Below, piece by piece: positions 1-11,728 of a stretch of DNA of 64,000 nucleotides. The notes under the pieces are model-generated. The model did no database searches, was not told the origin of the DNA, and saw only the letters and a list, made by a program, of their open reading frames with translations. The position numbers were made by a program, and so were the translations under genes. Location of the stretch: contig NIVC01000040.1 in NCBI GenBank assembly GCA_002269645.1, positions 1,054,001 to 1,118,000 on the forward strand. Reading direction: 5' to 3'. Every line of letters starts with the position of its first letter. Within the stretch, counting starts at the first letter, position 1. The stretch comes from Macrostomum lignano (taxonomy: Eukaryota).

Positions 1-814
1 TCAGCATGAGGAAGGTGTCCGTGCACTGGGTCCCCTACCATCTGGACCTAAACCAGATGCGGGCTTGGGTCAAGTTCTTGAGTTTCATGCTCAAAAGTTT
101 GACGCAGGAGCTTAAAAACTGGTGGATAACATCATCACTGGTGACGAAACCTGGGTCTACTTTTACGACCCAGAAACCAAAGAGCAGAGCCGGCAGTGGA
201 TTACAAGGGAAGAGGACATGCCTATCAAGTTTTGTTGCAAGTGAAGCATTGGGAAAGTCATGGCGGCAGTTTTCTTCAGACGATGCAGCATCCTGCCACC
301 TGTGCTGCTTGAAGATGGCGCCACAGTGACCGGTGAATGGTACTCAACCATCTGTCTACCGCAAGTGCTCAAAAGTCTTGCTCAGCAGTGTCCAAAAATG
401 AGAGAATGCGGGATTCTGCTGCATCACAACAATGCACCTGCGCACTACACCAGGGTGACCCAACAGTTTTTCCAGTAGACTCAGCTGACGTTGCTGCCAT
501 ATCCAGCTTATTCACCAGACCTTGCACCCTCTGACTTTTTCCTCTTTCCCAGGATCAAGAAGAACTTGAAGGGAAAGCAATTTGGCTATTATCAAGAGCT
601 GGAAAATGCACTGAAGACTGAACTGGAGAGTGTCTTATAGCTGGAAATGAGACACTGTTTTGAAGCATGGTTTCATCACATGAAAAAAATGCATGGAATT
701 GGCTGGAAATTATGTTGAGAAATGTCATTAGGTTAATGCTTATGAAGGTAAATTTTTGGGCAAAACAGATGAGCAGAAATGGGATTTTCTGCAAACTTAT
801 TAAGCAGCCTCATA
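1..814 (+). mobile_element. Mariner (D,D34D) transposon relic, 5' end outside the window, broken transposase plus right TIR
   Basis: Fragments in different frames give WVPYHL, GDETWVY (~141-160), LHHNNAPAH and YSPDLAPSDF (~509-538), with frameshifts and stops. Positions 793-814 read in reverse as TA-TGAGGCTGCTTAATAAGTTT, resembling the mariner end at 28142. Confidence 0.85.
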
Positions 815-1804
815 AAAAATACTTTAAATATTTATTATTAATTTAAAATTTATAAAAGGTAAGTTTTCAACTTCTAAAGTTCAAAATTTTTGTTTTGATT
901 TTTTTTATTTAATGTTGATAGTTATGAATGTATTATATCTTACATAAAGTCACTTTAATACAAGCCATTTTTTACTATATGTATTGGTTTCCCAACAGAC
1001 ATTCAGACAGACATTCAGAAATTGTTGAGTAAATGTTTAACAAAATTGTGTTTTTAGTACTCAAGATAAAATGAATTTGTAGACATTTTTACACATGTCT
1101 CTACTTTAAAAAGAAACCTCAGACACGAACACCAAGACATTTTATAAGCCAATATATTCCCTGGGAATATACCAAATACTTGTATATTATAATCATTTTT
1201 TGAGAAGCCGCTTTGCACTTTGCTCTTTTTGCATGAAAATTGCACACCTGCTTTATGCATGTCTCTACTTTAAAAAGACACCTCAAACATGTACAAAGAT
1301 TTTCTTTCTAAAGCATTCTTTTGTTTTATGATCCCCTTATACTTGTCCTACAGAACATGGCACTTTTGATATCTGATCCCCTATGTAGAAGATAGGATCT
1401 TGTATGATATCAGTGCCAGTGGAGTATATTTGAAGCACAATTACTCTAATTAATTGTAAGCCACAATTTTTGGCAATAGTAGGCAATAGTGTCTCTATAT
1501 TCACTTTCATTATACAATCATTCAAATAGAGGAAATGTATGTAAAGGGATCGGATAACAAAACTTGGGCTCTTCATCAATTTCATAATACAATATTACAA
1601 TCCCCCAAGTTGAAAATGTGTTTGCAGGGGATTATGTACCTAACATATGAAATAACTCCCTGTAAAAATTTTAGCAATGGCCAATAAAAGGAATTTTCCT
1701 GGGTCATTTCATACAATTCAGTTGGAAAAGATTACTGATCTTTTGCAGCCCATGGCACTAAGGTTTCTAACTGATGACAACTGGATCCTTTTTTGGGTTG
1801 TTGA

Positions 1805-3377
1805 ATGGGTTGTTGCCTAAATCATGGCCATGTCCAACCTGTTTTGGTCCAATGACAATCATAGCCACCAAAAACACAAAAGATGGCTACGTGTTCTGAT
1901 GTAAAAAACTGGTGTCCAGTCTATATAGTGCCTATTAGAGCTGTCAAAATTAGAGATTTTATTTGAGATGAGATTTGAGACGAGAAAGGCTTATAAGTCG
2001 AGAATTTTGAGACGAGACAAGACAAAGTAAATCTAAAAAATATATTTCAGAATTGCATCTTGTCTTGCTCTTATCTTGCCTTATCTTGTCTTAAATTTCT
2101 TGATAAGATATAATTCTAAAATATATTTTTTAGATTTTCTAGAATACTTTCTTAATTCTAGTTTAAATTCTTTGCTATTTATTCATAAGAATTTATGCTT
2201 GTAGCAAATTCGTCAAAAGACCTGTGTAGATTGTCTTCAAGTCTGCTATGATACACCTTGCTGCAGAACTGAAATGATAACTAAAAGAGCGCATATGCAA
2301 TGCAAACTCGTATATATAATGACATTCGTTAAATAACTGCTCGACATTGGCTAGATTTTACCATTTGAAAATTGCCCTATCAAGCGTGTTACAACAAACA
2401 GTTGCATTTATATGAAAATTTGCTCCCCTTTTTATATCTTATCACTTAAAAGCTTTTGAAAAAAGGTATCAGAAAAATTCTTGAATCTCGTCTCAAATTT
2501 CTGGACAAAATTCGAGATTTCTCGAGACGAGAAAAATGTCGAGATCTTGTCTCAAATCTTGTCTCGTCGAGATCTCGTGACAGCTCTAGTGCCTATGAAT
2601 GATGCCTTTCAATTAGAATGAATTCTAATTTCTAAATCCAATGGACATTCTGATGTTTTGTCTAGGCTACCTGATAGAGATTTTTTTAACCCCCCCCCCC
2701 CTAACTTTCATTCTATGATCTCTGACAGCATGAAACAATGTTGTCTGTACTGTAAGGGGATCGTAAAACAAAAGTGAGGGGGTGGGTGAAAGGCATTGAA
2801 TTACATTAGGTTATTTGGCCATTTAAATTCCAGATTGCTAATGCAGATGTAATGCTTTGAAGCCTTTGCTTTGGTGCAATTTTACTTGGGACGTCATGTG
2901 TGAATGGTTCAAGCAGTCAAAAGATTTGCTGAAATTGTAGAAATTGACAAGTTAGTTTTTGATGCCAAGCTGAAATATCATCGGGGCAATTGTCAAGGTC
3001 AACAAATTTGGATTTTTGGCATTGTTGAGAAGGAGACTGGAGATGGAACAATTATTTGGCCAGTTGCTTCTTGTGACGCAGCAACACTGCTACCTCTAAT
3101 TGAGAAACTTGTTTGACCTAGAACAGCCATTTATAGTGACAGATGGTCAGCTTACCTAAATATCGAGCAGATGGATTGTGACTACTCCCATTGGGTGGTC
3201 TGCCATAAGACTGCCTTCTTGGCTAAAGTTGTTTGAAATGGAGAAAAATGCATAGTTCATACTAATCAAGTTGAAGGCTATTGGGGTAATGCCAAAGCCA
3301 AGTTTAAAAGAATGCGGAGCACTAGTTCAGCCATGTTTGCCTCCTATTTGGTTGAAACTATTTTTGTACAAAGTTAA
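1805..3377 (+). pseudogene. Merlin/IS1595-family DDE transposase pseudogene
   Basis: Zn-ribbon-like LLPKSWPCPTCFGPM..KDGYVF*C at ~1810-1900. The catalytic part at 2904-3377 reads in one frame through two TGA stops: VEID..KYHRG..WIFGIVEKETG..TLLPLI..IYSDRWSAY..H..VHTNQVEGYW. Interrupted by the MITE at 1936-2588. Confidence 0.8.
1936..2588. mobile_element. Non-autonomous hAT-type MITE
   Basis: Perfect 11-bp TIR TAGAGCTGTCA / TGACAGCTCTA and perfect 8-bp TSD GTGCCTAT (1928-1935, 2589-2596). Subterminal GAGACGAGA / TCTCGTCTC motifs are repeated in inverted orientation at the two ends. Confidence 0.9.
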
Positions 3378-4574
3378 GAAACAATGTCATTGATGCCTTT
3401 GTAGCAGAATTGACCCAACAATATCCTCTGCTTGGACTACCAATTTGATCAGACTGGAGACTTTTGATTTAGATTGGGATGCTGTCTCTATAGAATGATA
3501 GCAATAACAAATTGTATGACCTATCTTTACTTCATCTATAAGTGTGATACCTTGATTTCATTTTTGATATACAATCCCCTGCAAACAAATTTTTGACTTG
3601 AGGGATTGCATTACAAAATTAATGAAAAGCCCAAGTTTCATTATCCGATTCCTTTGCATACATTCACTCCATTTAAATGATTGTATAACAAATGTGAATA
3701 TAGAGACATCCCTCTCTTGCCAAGAATATTGTCGTTGCTTTGTTTGATTGCCTTGTTTTGGTTGAACTCCACTTCAAATAGACATCAATTAAAACTGCCT
3801 TAATGCAATACCTTTGACTCATTAATACTGTTTTGTTTGGTTTCTATTCTTTGACTGCATCTTTTACATGGGGATTGTATAACAAAAGTGCCTAGGAATG
3901 TGGATTGTAAAACAAAAGAATGCCAAAATGTCTACAAATTCATTTTATCTTGAGTACTAAATAAACAATTTTGTTAATCATTCACTTAACAATTTCTGAA
4001 TGTCTGTTTGAATGTCTATCAGGAAACTAATACATTTTTACTATCATGTCTACTAAGATACATTCTAGTATATGCAAAAACTGGCAAGTACCCTTGCTTG
4101 TTGTGCATATATATGTTGCCTTCTGAACTGTGGGGCACTATTAAGCCTACCTTCAAAATGGACTTGTTGAGTTCAAACAACTAATAAGTTTAACTTCTTG
4201 TTCATAGTTTATTACTTTATTTCCTGTTGTTTTGTTGTTAACAACCATATTGCGAAAGGTTTTCTGTGTATGCCGGACACATTTTTATTGAATTTTCTAT
4301 TGTATGCCAACAGATTTTAAATGTATGCCAACTTAAAAAATGGAAAAAAATCAACGAATATTTAAATTTAAATTTAAACTACAAAAAATTGATAACAACA
4401 TGACGATTGTTGTGACAATTCCAGTAATTAAAATGATTAGTAAATGAGGAAATAGTAGCAGAAAAAATGGTTTTTAAAATAACTTAACACAGAAAAAGCA
4501 CGAAAAATTATAATATTTTAATATTTAAAGCACGAAAAATTTTATGTTAATTTCTACACTAGTCGCTATACACC

Positions 4575-5179
4575 ACACTGTCAGTCCCTATAGGAAAAAG
4601 TTGTAAAACTGCGGACGGTGTCCGGCGCACTTTTGAAATTTTTATAAAGTGCAGCGCGCGCACAGGCGCATTGCCTGCGCGCGCGCTGCCCTTTCTTACT
4701 GGCTGCTGTTCTAGCAAATATATATACATGGAAATGGGTATAATACCTCTGTTGAAGGGGCTTATACACTCGTAATTTATTAAGCTTAGAGATGTTCCAA
4801 AAATTCAATTTCAATTTTCCAAATTTTTTTAGAGCAAATTTCAATTTTGAAAAAAATTTAGAAGTGAAAATTTTGGTAGTGTCTAAAAAGTCGCTAAAAA
4901 TAAACTAATTTCTACTACATATACATGTATTACTTTTTGGCTAAGCAGTAAATTGAAAGTAAAAAAGTAAGTGTTGGTCATACTAAACTTTTTTTCTGAA
5001 TTATGATTTTGGGAAATTTCAATTTTGATTTTGGAAAGTTAGCGAATTTTGATTTCAACGAAACTGCAGATCTTTCGGAACATCTCTAATAATCCTAAAG
5101 CGCGGTAAAATAGTTTGACTCTTTTCTAAAGTGCGCGTCCGCGGGTTTTTAACATTTATTCCAATAGGGCTGTCAGTGT
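4575..5179. mobile_element. Probable non-autonomous DNA transposon (imperfect ~55-bp TIR)
   Basis: ACACTGTCAGTCCCTATAGG..GCGGACG..GCGCACTTT at the left matches the reverse complement of AAAGTGCGCGTCCGCG..CCAATAGGGCTGTCAGTGT at the right. No TSD found. Confidence 0.5.
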
Positions 5180-5369
5180 TGCCACTGAGCATTGTGACAA
5201 AAAAAACGCTGAGAGAAAAAAATAACACAGGGCATTTTCATCGTAGATATTACTAATATATTGTAACACTAATGATTAACAACAACAATAACAGTTGAAG
5301 ACCAACCTCACCTAGAAATACCAAAGTGATAATTAACCAGTAAAGAGACTGAATAACAATTGGAATGAC

Positions 5370-6398
5370 GGGAGTAAGACGTTTGCTTGCGGGAAGTTTG
5401 CTTGCCAAAGTTTGCTTTCAGGAATTTTGCTTGCCGAGCTTTGCTTGCCGAACTTTGCTTGCAGCTTGCCAAACTTTGCTTGCAGGAAATTTACTTGCAG
5501 GAATTCTGCTTGCCAAACTTTGCTTGTGGAATTTTGATGTCTGCTTCCTAGAAATTTGCAATCACAATTGCAAGGTTTTAACTTGCCGAATTAGAATGTC
5601 TGCTTGCTTGTTTTGATTGATTGTGAAGTTGGTCCGTCAATTATTACTTACTACAGATGCTTTGCAAGTGGATTCTTATCAGCGTTGACGTAAACTGACT
5701 TGAAACTGAGCTTTCAAACTAGGCTTATAGAGTTTCATTCTAAGAATTTAGGGGTCGCAATATAAAGCTGTCATAGTGTAAGTTCGATTGTACGTCGGAA
5801 CTTTTACACTACGGAGATAGGAGCTAAGAATGATCTTATCTTAAGATGTTCTGCATTAGGGCTTTTCAAATCTGCCATATCCTTATACAAAATCATAACA
5901 CTATAGGCAACTTTCATGAATCTTAGAAAACAAAAAATAGAAATACAAGAGCTCAACAATAGGTTCTCTAAGGTTCCGCAAGAAAACTGTGGCTGGCAAA
6001 TCTCGGCAAGCAAAGTTCCTGCAAGCAAAGTTCGGCAAGGAAAATTCGGCAAGAAAAATTCAGCAAGGAAAATTTGGCAAGGAAAATTCGGCAAGGAAAA
6101 TTCGGCAAGCAAAGTTCAGCAAGCAAAGTTCGGCAAGCAAAGTTTGGCTAGCTTATGTGCAGCAAGCAAATTTCCTGCAAGCAAAATTCTGCAAGCAAAG
6201 CTCGGCAAGCAAAGCTTGGCAAGCAAAGCTCGGCAAGCAAAGTTCGGCAGGCAAAATTCCGCAAGCAAAATTCCCGCAAGCAAAATTCCCGCAAGCAAAA
6301 TTCCCGCAAGCAAACTTTGGCAAGCAAAATTCCGCAAGCAAAATTCCCGCAAGCAAACTTCGGCAAGCAAACTTCTCGCAAGCAAATTTCATAGACCC
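5370..6398. mobile_element. Foldback-like element with minisatellite inverted arms
   Basis: The left arm (~5370-5620) is an array of TTTGCTTGC units and the right arm (~5990-6398) is the reverse-complement GCAAGCAAA array. The outer ends align (GGGAGTAAGACGTTTGCTTGCGGGAAG vs GGGTCTATGAAATTTGCTTGCGAGAAG). No clear TSD. Confidence 0.65.
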
Positions 6399-6748
6399 AT
6401 TTGATTACTAGCCAATCTGATGCAAATTGTGTCAGGCACACGGCAACGTCCTGGTCTTTCTCTTGCACCTTGCGCAACCTCTCAATTGCTAGCTGAACTT
6501 CTCTTTTTACGGTCAGAATTATTCATTGAAAAAAACGCAGGAAAAAGGAATTCAGCAAATAAAAACACAAAATGCCAAAAAATGCCACTGTTAAAAAATG
6601 CCAAGAGTGGCAACACTGCATACTGTATGCCACACTGTACACAGCCAAGAAATGTATATTGGTGTACACCATGGAAATCAAGAATATGCCAGAATTTTCT
6701 GGCATATACCCCACCATCCGCAAAATGGGTTGTTAAAAACAAATTTTT

Positions 6749-8277
6749 ATATATGGGCATTTCCGCCAAATAGGGACACAAATTGTGTCCGAGTGTGCAA
6801 AGAAGAAGAAAAATGTTGAAAACAGGAAATCTAACTAGAATTTGTTATTAAATTTCTTTTTTTATCTTGTAGAAGCACAAGAAATTTTCTGGTAACAATA
6901 AAAGTTGCCGATAAAAGTTATACTGATCTAAGAAGACGATTAATACCGTAGGAGCATAAAATTTTATATTGAGGCGTAATTGCTTGCTTATAATTAACTT
7001 TCTTTCAGTCAATAATTTTTTAATTGTTTCTTAATGCTTTTAATCAACTTTTTAATTCAGATTTTGTTATTTTTGTGCATAAGTTCATACAATATTTTTT
7101 AACTTTGTCAAAATGTTTTTTTCTGCGCGATATACCGAACGTAAATCTCTAATTTTACTTTTCAGTAACTAGCCGATCACCGTAATTATTCAGAAGTTCC
7201 AGTTCAACTTTGCAAGCAGCAAGAAATGCATATGCTTCCACAATCTAGAGAAAGTTTTTCTGAAGCAATATTACAAGTAAATGTGGGGAAAATTGATTTA
7301 GTACTATGTAAATTAATATCTACATACTATAGTGCAAAATGTAAATTACATTTTTATTGATAAATAAACAAGAAATTAATGTGAAACTGTTTTATTTTCC
7401 AGCTTTTATACTTAATGATAGTCTTGTAAGACTGATTTTGAAAAAAAAACTAGCAAAAAATGAAATAAAGGGTACAACATGAAAATACATCTCGTGTAAG
7501 TAGTGTGCTTACTACATTTAAATGTTAATATTTAAGGTATTTTGACAGATTAAGGTTCAGCAGACCACTTTTTGTGAAGCTCTGTATGTCGGCAATCCAT
7601 AAATATATCGTTTTCAGCTAATGAAAAGCACTAAAAAAAATTATTGGGTACAACATGAGTACAATCTTGTGGTTAAGATGTCACATCGAAAAAAAATTAA
7701 TGTCTTAGAAAAATGTATTAAGCAAATTCTATTGCTAAAAAATATACTGATAGGGCCTACATCATCGCAAAGATGTTTTCCTTCATTTAAGCTAAAAAAC
7801 GTGTAGATTGAAAGCCTTATGAGTAAATGAGAGGGTACAACATGAGTACAAAGGATACAAAAACTTACCGTTTATAATTTTTGGTATAGCAAGAAAACTG
7901 ACAAAAATCAATGACTTCTTGCAGGTGTTGTGACGAAAAGGAATGATTTTAACAAAGTTTAATGTGTTTTTTTCATGAAACAAAGAGAATTACTATCAAG
8001 AATGTTTTTTTCGCTCTTTTATTCAATTTTGAAGTTAAAAATTGTGTGTTTGGACATCCAAAAAAGTGGCGTCTACGTAAGTTTAAAATGGTTTATTCAA
8101 CATTAATTTTGCGATTAACAATCTTTAAATAGCTTTAAATTGAGCAAAATTGGTTGTATTTTTCAGTTTAAGTCCTTGTTTGACTTCAATTAGCTGGCTT
8201 AAGCTACAATTCATCATTTTCTGTTTGTTGAAGTGTAATTTTCCGATAGTGCCTAATTGGCGGAAATGCCCATATAT
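6749..8277. mobile_element. Non-autonomous DNA transposon, ~29-bp TIR
   Basis: ATATATGGGCATTTCCGCCAAATAGGGACAC (6749-6779) is the near-perfect inverse of GTGCCTAATTGGCGGAAATGCCCATATAT (8249-8277). The interior is AT-rich and has three copies of GGGTACAACATGA. Confidence 0.6.
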
Positions 8278-9230
8278 TTAAGTTTAGCAAAGGATTCTTG
8301 AAGATAACCAAAAATTGGTAGGCCCCTATACTTTAGAAAGTCAATAATAATTTTTGTTGCTTTACAATAAAAATTTTACCATTAATTTAAAATTAAAGAA
8401 AATTATTGCTAAAAACTTCTAAGATAAGATTTTTGTTCTAGCATACATTTCTAGACAATCTAGACTCTACCTACCTAGGCAGCAGATTCAAATAGAATGA
8501 TTGCACATGAAGACTAATCTAGATTAATCTCAAGACTAATCATGCTATATAAAGAATTGCAAAGCTTTTACAAAGATTCAAAAGAGGGTAAATGCATTAT
8601 AGGCATCGCATTATCTTAGATTTTAAAGTTTTATATAATTGTATTTTTTAGAAGTAAAAAATACTTTTAGAGATCTAGAATACTTACCAGTCATGTTTTC
8701 CTATTTCATCTTCATAGAGTGCTAACACTGAATGCATTTGAAGAAACAGTAAAAAAATTAGCATGCAAAACGAAAATTTGTTCTTTTTAATCCCCATACT
8801 CAATATACTACAGTCCAGAGGTGCCTATGGGCTATGGCTATGTCTAGGATAACAAAAGTCAAAAAAGGGAAACGAATTTTGCTCTAGTAGCTAGGCTAAA
8901 GTTGGAAAATTTTCGCAACTAACAAGAATTGTAATGGCTGATCAATTTGTTAATGATTTTGATAAATGCTTTAAAATCGATGGCTAATCGCTAATCTACG
9001 CAGGGACAGGGTATGAATATGGTCAAAACGAAGATCTTATAAATTGTTTCGTAGAAAGTGACTTTAAAATCTATTTTATAAAACAGACTGAAACAAATGA
9101 AAAAGATCGTTAGCATTAGCTCTTATATTTATTGATGGTTGCCACCCCTCCCCCTTCCAATATTTTTTAAATCATTTGGCATTAATCTTTAATTATATTG
9201 CATTTCTATAACTAGAAACTAGGCAATAAG

Positions 9231-10262
9231 TGTGGCAGGCGGGATGCCACAGTGGTTGTTTGGACTCAGTTTTTAATAATTTTAAGTGCTATCAAAACTT
9301 TAATTTACTGACCCAACCACTGTCTTTTCACCCCATTTTTGTCCATCGTCTGCCCAGCTCCCTTTCCCTTCCGTGGCCTGGTCGCGTCCCTTCGCTGTTT
9401 TTTTGTCGTCCCTTTGTTGAAATTTTGTTATCCGCCCGGTGTCCCAATGTTTTTGAGCCGGTCCATCCCGTGAATTTCTGTTTGCCCAGCGTTTGCTTCC
9501 AGTACTTGTCAGCCCCTTTTCGGGTATTTAATCTGCTAATTGTGGTGCCCAGTTTTCTCTTCGTCTTTCTTCTGCTTCTTTCTTTTTGTTTCCCTTTCGT
9601 CTCCCTCGTTTTAGTAAGCTTTGATTCATTAAACTAGTGGTAATTTTTATTGAATTAATTTAGCGCCCCGGCGCCGCAAGAGCGAATTCATCTCGAGTGT
9701 CTAAATAATAATAATATTAACTTTATTCAGTTCTCGCCTGCTATTATCTTAACTAAGTTGCCATAATAAACCGACATCCTTAAATTAGCTTTAATTTCAT
9801 TCATTGAGCCATAGCTTCTCTTGAATCATTTGCCCGTGGGGCGTAAAATAACCAAAGTTCTCATCTCAAAGAAAGCTCTGAGACTTATCCGTTCCGTAAT
9901 ACGTAAATTACGGTGGTGGCAGCAACTACCCTACTGAAAGTAACCAGTTCAACACATCGGCGCATTAATTTACGGAGCCAGAAATCTCCGGCTTTTCTTC
10001 ATCGCTTTGAACGACCCGAGCCGCTAAACGACCGCTCTGCTACGATTACGACTACCCTCCCCCCGGACTTGAGAACCCGGCAGCCGGAGTAAAAGGAGAA
10101 AGATTTTCCTGTTGAGATTCGTCTGCGCGATTTTTCCGGTTTTATTCGTGCGAACTCAACATTCGGCGGAAATTCAAACGAGGAATCCGCTCCAGCTCAC
10201 TGGTGTCAGCAAATTTTCAAAACCGACCAATTTCCAAGAAAATCTCCTCCACCCCCACCTCA
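9231..10262 (+). repeat. 5' LTR (1032 bp)
   Basis: Direct repeat of 18395-19427. Starts TGTGG, ends CCTCA. By eye only one substitution (~9595) and one 1-nt indel (~10201) were noticed. Confidence 0.97.
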
Positions 10263-10263
10263 C

Positions 10264-10284
10264 TGGTGGTCAGCTAAGTGGGAT
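10264..10284 (+). promoter_or_regulatory. Putative primer-binding site (tRNA-Leu-like)
   Basis: TGGTGGTCAGCTAAGTGGGAT begins 1 nt after the 5' LTR. TGG complements the tRNA CCA end and the rest resembles the Leu-type PBS TGGTGTCAGAAGTGGGAT with extra bases. Confidence 0.6.
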
Positions 10285-10333
10285 AACGAGACGCCGAAAC
10301 CCTTTCAACGAGTCGTTCAAACGCTACATTACT

Positions 10334-11728
10334 ATGGCTTCAACTACTAATTCAACGGCCGCGGACGCGACAGCCGACGCCGCGGGCCCCGACAACTCAA
10401 CGACAAGACCGACCTACGACGAGATGATTCGCGCGGTGACCGAAGAGGTGCGCCGGCGACTGGAGCAGACCAGCCTGGGCCAGCCGCAACACTATCATCA
10501 TGTGTACCAGCAGCCCCAGCAGCAGGAGCGAGCTTCAGCGCCGAAACCGGTCAAGATTCAGCGGTATACGCAGAACCAGGAATTCGACGTCTGGATCCAG
10601 GCGCTGGAAGAGCGTTGCGAGCTCAACGGGATCACAGACGACAGACGCAAGAAGGCGGAGGTCCTAGTAAATCTGGACATCGCCACAACCTATCCCGCAG
10701 TCGTCAGGATGGAGCTGCCAGACAATCTGACGTTTGGTGAGTTCAAACAACGATTGTCTGAACGCTTTACGCATGTGGCCGACACGCTGGAGTACCGGGA
10801 GCAGTTCCGAAGCTGCCAGCAAGGCAAGAACGAGAGCGTTGACGACTATGGCGATCGACTAATTGCTCTGGCCGATAGAGCATTTCCGCATTTTACCCCG
10901 GTTCAGAAGCAGGCTGAACTGGTGGATCAGTTCACAGTGGGAGTGCGGATTGCTCAGTCGGCAAGAAAACAGCTGATCCTGGTGCGACCGCAGAATCTGA
11001 CCGCAGCGAGACGGGCCGTGCTACGCTTGGAGACAGCAGCTAGTCTGGCTCAGCGAGTAGCACCGCCGCCAGCAGCGAGACATGTCCGGGTCCTCGAAGA
11101 TGACAATGGTCAGACGCCCACTGTGGTGCAACACGACGACAAGTCATCTCGGCCCGAGGAGAACTGGTTGCGTGAAGTGATGGAACAACAAGCCGAAACT
11201 CTGCAGGAGCAGCGACGCCTACTGGAGACATTGAGTAACGAGATGCGAGAATTCTACTCACGGGGATCGCGCGACAACGACACCCCGGAGCCATTGGAGC
11301 CTCGCCACCAGCCGCGGGACTCGTGGGGCCAACGCTCCAGATGTCTGGTACCCTCGACTCCTCGCCGCAGCGCCGACGGAAGCGCCCAATTTACGACACC
11401 CGGCACGCGAATGGTGCCGCAGCAACCGTTCCATCGACTTCAGCAACCTCGAGACGGCAGCAATCCGCCACCGAGAACGCCGCCAGCAGGAGGTCAACGT
11501 CAGCAGCAGCAACAGCAGCAGCAGCAACAGCCGAGTTCAAGGCCGCCGCCTTACCAGCTGCGGCGACAAAGCGCAATGTGCTACAGGTGCAATCGCGAGC
11601 ATCGTGCCGATGAGTGCCCGCACCGGCGGTCGGCCAGCACCGCGTCCCAGCGCAACGGCAGCTCGGGAAACGGGACGGCTGGACGCGCCATCGGGGGCAG
11701 CGCCATCCAGCAGCCGCGCCAGCACTAA
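10334..11728 (+). CDS. gag: Gag polyprotein (464 aa from the first ATG after the PBS)
   Basis: Capsid-like retrotransposon gag motifs (FDVWIQALEERCELNGI, FRSCQQGKNESVDDYGDRL), a Gln/Pro-rich linker and a CCHC-type knuckle CYRCNREHRADEC. Confidence 0.92.
   Translation: MASTTNSTAADATADAAGPDNSTTRPTYDEMIRAVTEEVRRRLEQTSLGQPQHYHHVYQQPQQQERASAPKPVKIQRYTQNQEFDVWIQALEERCELNGITDDRRKKAEVLVNLDIATTYPAVVRMELPDNLTFGEFKQRLSERFTHVADTLEYREQFRSCQQGKNESVDDYGDRLIALADRAFPHFTPVQKQAELVDQFTVGVRIAQSARKQLILVRPQNLTAARRAVLRLETAASLAQRVAPPPAARHVRVLEDDNGQTPTVVQHDDKSSRPEENWLREVMEQQAETLQEQRRLLETLSNEMREFYSRGSRDNDTPEPLEPRHQPRDSWGQRSRCLVPSTPRRSADGSAQFTTPGTRMVPQQPFHRLQQPRDGSNPPPRTPPAGGQRQQQQQQQQQQPSSRPPPYQLRRQSAMCYRCNREHRADECPHRRSASTASQRNGSSGNGTAGRAIGGSAIQQPRQH
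11665..11711 (+). promoter_or_regulatory. -1 programmed ribosomal frameshift signal
   Basis: Slippery heptamer G GGA AAC (11665-11671) is in the correct gag phase. A 6-nt spacer follows, then a GC-rich stem GCTGGA..GCGC/GCGC..TCCAGC (11678-11711). Confidence 0.8.

Larger units (their letters stand above)
979..4035 (+). mobile_element. Merlin (IS1595/IS1016-related) DNA transposon, defective, with long imperfect inverted arms
   Basis: Ends ATGTATTGGTTTCC.../...GGAAACTAATACAT are flanked by a direct 9-bp repeat TTTTACTAT (970-978 and 4036-4044). Inverted matches run 979-1089 vs ~3925-4035 and ~1480-1640 vs ~3560-3720. A transposase relic lies inside. Confidence 0.8.

Noticed and set aside
5365-6477. 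Lys/Gln-rich ORFs
   Set aside because: Translations of the foldback arm repeats in several frames.
10112-10333. TTG-initiated N-terminal extension of Gag
   Set aside because: It starts inside the LTR. The first ATG after the PBS (10334) is the plausible eukaryotic start.
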